DNA of 47,931 nucleotides from Candidatus Burarchaeum sp. (lineage in GTDB: Archaea; Micrarchaeota; Micrarchaeia; Burarchaeales; Burarchaeaceae), in contig JAUSNF010000009.1 of the NCBI GenBank assembly GCA_030646255.1, forward strand, positions 1 through 47,931. The letters run 5' to 3'. This document shows positions 44,709 through 47,931 of this stretch, piece after piece (positions within the stretch are counted from its first letter, which is position 1; every line of letters starts with the position of its first letter). Below the pieces are notes generated by a model, which did no database searches, was not told where the DNA came from, and saw only the letters and a list, made by a program, of their open reading frames with translations. The translations under genes and the position numbers were made by a program.

Positions 44709-45320
44709 TCACTTCAGCTCAAATTCGTCAGAGTAGGCAAAAGCCTCTCCTTCCATCCCATACCCGACAATGTCGCTCTTTCCTTCCCACTCATCGCCTA
44801 CAAAATATCTGAAGCGCATCTTGTAATCTCCAAGAACCCGTGCATATCCGCCGCCCTCAGCTATTTTCTGATCCCACTCATCCAAATCCATGCTCTCACC
44901 AGGGTTAATCTTAACAAATCTAGACGGGCCTGTGCAATATACTCGGCCAAGATACGCAAGCTGTAGCTCGCCGTCCCTCACAGTATAGACTTGGTATAAC
45001 TCCGTGCATCCTTTTGCGTAGTATATTGTTTCATCAAGGTTGTTCGAGACAGTTATTTTCACGCTTTCTCCTGCCGTATACTCTTCCTTGTCAGTATAGA
45101 CAAAAACTCCCTCCTCGCCCGGCGGCTGTTCTGCGGGCGGCGTTACTTCAGGCGGTTGCGTGGAGGGCGGCGGATTTACCGGTGGCGTAGTGCTTGGCGG
45201 GGTTGTAGCCGGCGGCGTAGTAGTTGGAGGCGTTTCGCCAGGCGGTGTTTGAGCTGGCTGCGCGCATCCGGCAAGCAGCAGCATTGCAAAAATCATGCAG
45301 ACGAAAGCAAAAGTTCTCAT
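44709..45320 (-). CDS. Lipoprotein with Pro/Thr linker and Ig-like domain
   Basis: Lipobox LLAGC, TPP repeats, VYTDKEEYTAGESVKITVSN. Confidence 0.75.
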   Translation of the reverse strand: MRTFAFVCMIFAMLLLAGCAQPAQTPPGETPPTTTPPATTPPSTTPPVNPPPSTQPPEVTPPAEQPPGEEGVFVYTDKEEYTAGESVKITVSNNLDETIYYAKGCTELYQVYTVRDGELQLAYLGRVYCTGPSRFVKINPGESMDLDEWDQKIAEGGGYARVLGDYKMRFRYFVGDEWEGKSDIVGYGMEGEAFAYSDEFELK

Positions 45321-45389
45321 TACACTCCCTCCGAACAGCTTCTCGGCGCCCACTTATTTAAACCCGTCGCATTCTTTTCGGCTCGCGGC

Positions 45390-45956
45390 TCATTTCTTCG
45401 CAAACGTCAGGTAGCCCGTATGCCACAGCCCTTTCGTATCCGGCCTGAAGCCGCGCTCGCGCACGAGCATCTCGCGCACCATGTTTTCAATCGTGAAAAT
45501 CTCTTCTTCCTTAAAACCAGACTCCTTGCATGCAGCCACAAACTTCTGCACCTGCTCTGCGTGGGGCAGATAGCCTACAAGCGAGCCGCCCTTCTTGAGT
45601 GCCGCATACGCATGCGCAACCGCCTTCTCGGCATCCGCCAAGTCCAGAACCACTAAATCAACATCCTGCTCGTCGATTCCTGCAAACACGTCCTTCACCT
45701 TCACCTCGACATTCTTCAGCCCCGCCCTTTCCGCATTCTTGCGCGCAATCTCAGCAAAATCCTCGCGCCACTCGTAGCTCACAGCCTTCTTGCAGATATT
45801 GCCCAGCATGCATGCGAGCCAGCCGCTGCCAGAGCCAGCATCCACGCACACGCTCTCATGGCCTACGCACGTGAATGCGGCAATCATGCCAAAGTCCTTT
45901 GGCAGTATGACCTGCGGGCCGCGCTTGAGCTTCCTTAGGAATTCAGGATATTTCAT
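45390..45956 (-). CDS. trmI: tRNA (adenine-N1)-methyltransferase TrmI, catalytic domain only
   Basis: KRGPQVILPKD, DAGSGSGWL, SYE, LDL, YLPHAEQV, RPDTKGLWHTGYLTFA. Confidence 0.9.
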   Translation of the reverse strand: MKYPEFLRKLKRGPQVILPKDFGMIAAFTCVGHESVCVDAGSGSGWLACMLGNICKKAVSYEWREDFAEIARKNAERAGLKNVEVKVKDVFAGIDEQDVDLVVLDLADAEKAVAHAYAALKKGGSLVGYLPHAEQVQKFVAACKESGFKEEEIFTIENMVREMLVRERGFRPDTKGLWHTGYLTFAKK

Positions 45957-46008
45957 GCACATAAGCGGACTTCGAAAATACTTAATACTTATACTCCAAT
46001 AGCCCCTC

Positions 46009-47301
46009 ATGCCAGGCGCAGTTGTAGTTGGGCTCCAGTATGGAGACGAGGGAAAGGGCAAGGTAGTGGACTATTGTGCGCAGAAAGCCGACATAGTCGT
46101 GCGCTTCAACGGCGGCGCGAATGCCGGCCACACCGTGATTGTGAAAGGCGAGACGCACAAGTTCCACCTGATGCCGAGTGGCGTGCTCTGGGGCAAACGC
46201 GTGATGCTCGGTGCGGGCACAGTAATAGACCCGAAGCTGCTTCTTGATGAGATTGCGCAGGCGCAGAAGGCCGGCATAAAGCCGAAGCTTCTGGTGGACT
46301 ACAGGGCGCACGTTGTTACTCCCTGGCACAAGCTGCTCGACGGAGCCTCAGAGGTGCTCAAGGGCAGGCAGAAAATAGGCACCACGGGCAGGGGCATAGG
46401 GCCTGCATACGCTGACAAGGTTTCGCGCATAGGCATAAGGGTGGGCGATTTACTTGACGCGGGCAAGCTGCGGGAGAAGACAAGGTTCCTGAACGAGTTA
46501 AATTCAAAAATTGCCAGCCGGGTTTACTCAATAGAGGAAGTGCCTCAGGATTTTACCGCTGAGTATGCGGAATACGGGCGGCAGCTTGCGCCATATGTCG
46601 GCATGCTTTCCATCGAGCTCAACATGGCTCTGAGCGAGGGCAGGAAGGTTCTTTTCGAGGGCGCGCAGGGGGCGCAGCTGGATGTCGACCTGGGTACCTA
46701 CCCCTACGTCACTTCCTCAAACACAACCGCTGGCGCGGCCTGCGCCTACTGCGGAGTCGGGCCCAAGCACATAAAGGAGGTCTTGGGCGTTGTCAAGGCA
46801 TACACCTCCCGGGTCGGCGAGGGGCCTTTTGTGAGCGAGATAAACGGGCATCTTGCAGACAAGCTGCGGGAGAAGGGGAAAGAGTATGGCACAACAACAG
46901 GAAGGCCCCGGCGCATCGGATGGCTGAACCTTGTAGCTGTGCGTTATGCAGCAATGATAAATGGGACCACGGGTCTCGCGGTCACGAAGCTCGACACACT
47001 CTCCGGCCTTGAAAAAATAAATGTGTGCAAAGAATACGAGTGCGAAGGCAAGATGGTAGGACAGCATAAGGCGGACGCTGAGTTTCTGAAGCGGTGCAAA
47101 CCTGTTTATATCGAGCTCAAGGGCTGGGAGGACCCTGGCCCTGCGGGCTGGCGCGCGATGGTAAAGAACGGCTACAATGCGCTGCCAAAAGAATGCAAGA
47201 ACTACCTCAAGCTGATTTCCGAGTTCTGCAACGCACCCATATATATGGTAAGCATCGGGCCTGGCCGCGAGGATACCATTCTTCTTAAAAACCTGTTTTG
47301 A
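46009..47301 (+). CDS. purA: Adenylosuccinate synthetase
   Basis: GLQYGDEGKGK, GGANAGHT, IGTTGRGIGPAY, EGAQG, GTYPYVTSS, EYGTTTGRPRRIGW, TKLD. Confidence 0.97.
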   Translation: MPGAVVVGLQYGDEGKGKVVDYCAQKADIVVRFNGGANAGHTVIVKGETHKFHLMPSGVLWGKRVMLGAGTVIDPKLLLDEIAQAQKAGIKPKLLVDYRAHVVTPWHKLLDGASEVLKGRQKIGTTGRGIGPAYADKVSRIGIRVGDLLDAGKLREKTRFLNELNSKIASRVYSIEEVPQDFTAEYAEYGRQLAPYVGMLSIELNMALSEGRKVLFEGAQGAQLDVDLGTYPYVTSSNTTAGAACAYCGVGPKHIKEVLGVVKAYTSRVGEGPFVSEINGHLADKLREKGKEYGTTTGRPRRIGWLNLVAVRYAAMINGTTGLAVTKLDTLSGLEKINVCKEYECEGKMVGQHKADAEFLKRCKPVYIELKGWEDPGPAGWRAMVKNGYNALPKECKNYLKLISEFCNAPIYMVSIGPGREDTILLKNLF

Positions 47302-47340
47302 TTAAAGGAGGGTGAACGTCAGGGAACTTGGGTTTCCTAC

Positions 47341-47506
47341 GCCTCAGTAGCTCAGTGGCAGAGCGCGTCCTTGGTAAGGCCCTTTTCTTTCGCGAAAGAA
47401 AAGCCCCTTGGGAAAAACCGTTTCCGAGCACATGTAAAGGGAAGGTATCGGAAACCGCAGGTTTCTGATTAGGACGAGGCCGCGAGTTCAAATCTCGCCT
47501 GAGGCT
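47341..47506 (+). tRNA. tRNA-Thr(GGT) with 94-nt intron at 37/38 (47377-47470)
   Basis: Acceptor GCCTCAG/CTGAGGC+T; D arm GCTC/GAGC; CGTCC-TTGGTA|intron|A-GGACG; T arm GCGAG-TTCAAAT-CTCGC; BHB central helix TTGG/CTGA. Confidence 0.92.
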
Positions 47507-47604
47507 TTTGACAGCAGTCAAGAAGCCCCTGGTTGCAAACTAGGCACGAAAGTGCCTAATTCGGCACCAAGAAAGATAAGGAGTTTGCCTCAGAGGTGCA
47601 AGAC

Positions 47605-47931
47605 ATGGAACCATTCGACATACACCACCAGAAGCGAACGCTAGAGGCAAAGCTCAGGTGGCTCAATGAAACAAAGGAAATAGGTCCACAGGACAAGCGG
47701 CTAATGCTAGACTTCTACAAGGACGGCGTGGCCAGGGGCCTCTCAACGGCAAGGAACATCAAGTACCTCCTCTTCCTTTCGCAGCTCTCCAAAATGCTCA
47801 AAACCGGCTTCAGGAACGCCACCAAGGAGAAAATCACAGATATCGTTATCAAAACGGAGCAAAGCAACTACTCTGAGTGGACCAAAAAGGACTTCAAAAT
47901 CGCCATCAAATTCTTCTACAAGTGGCTCAAC
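47605..47931 (+). CDS. Partial tyrosine recombinase/integrase (N-terminal domain); probable edge of a tRNA-integrated element
   Basis: GAGGTG site; MEPFDIH...GLSTARNIKYL...ATKEKI...YSEWTKKDFKIAIKFFYKWLN resembles archaeal tRNA-linked integrase N-termini; catalytic domain lies outside the window. Confidence 0.75.
   Translation, partial: MEPFDIHHQKRTLEAKLRWLNETKEIGPQDKRLMLDFYKDGVARGLSTARNIKYLLFLSQLSKMLKTGFRNATKEKITDIVIKTEQSNYSEWTKKDFKIAIKFFYKWLN

Noticed and set aside
47377-47470. Box C/D guide RNA inside the tRNA intron
   Set aside because: The terminal CTGA is explained by the BHB helix and no convincing RTGATGA box C is present; left open only as a check.
1-47931. CRISPR array
   Set aside because: No run of identical repeats with unique spacers found.

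Overview
Archaeal chromosomal window (TATA-box promoters, GGTGA/GAGGTG Shine-Dalgarno sites, archaeal PheRS, rpl21e-rpoF-DUF655-ksgA cluster, BHB-intron tRNA). Gene content and many ORFans suggest a DPANN lineage such as Micrarchaeota, but that is inference. It holds housekeeping genes (pheST, alaX, NAD kinase, dcd, EndoQ, trmI, purA, PAC2), a PadR/ABC/COG1361 module, two toxin-antitoxin pairs, tRNA-Leu(TAA), a stand-alone 5S rRNA, and an intron-containing tRNA-Thr(GGT) followed by the start of a probable tyrosine integrase. It also holds a complete histidine operon (hisD, hisC-HAD fusion, hisB, hisG, hisH, hisA, hisF, hisIE). The top finding is in the his leader: two consecutive short ORFs each carry AGG-GA(G/T)-NNN-CTT-CAT, which matches the prfB/RF2 +1 frameshift cassette (AGG-GGG-TAT-CTT-TGA) but has a His codon in place of the stop. 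In both cases the +1 frame directly after the site encodes a recognisable protein (an AbrB-like regulator with no start codon of its own, then HisD). This suggests a histidine-sensing programmed +1 frameshift switch. Other highlights are an intact single-repeat (half) TBP gene, a four-way-junction palindromic element at the tRNA-Leu 3' end, an ATA-initiated PHP gene, an orphan threonine-synthase-like fragment and an unannotated 37-aa peptide. All protein calls come from motif recognition; no database search was run.
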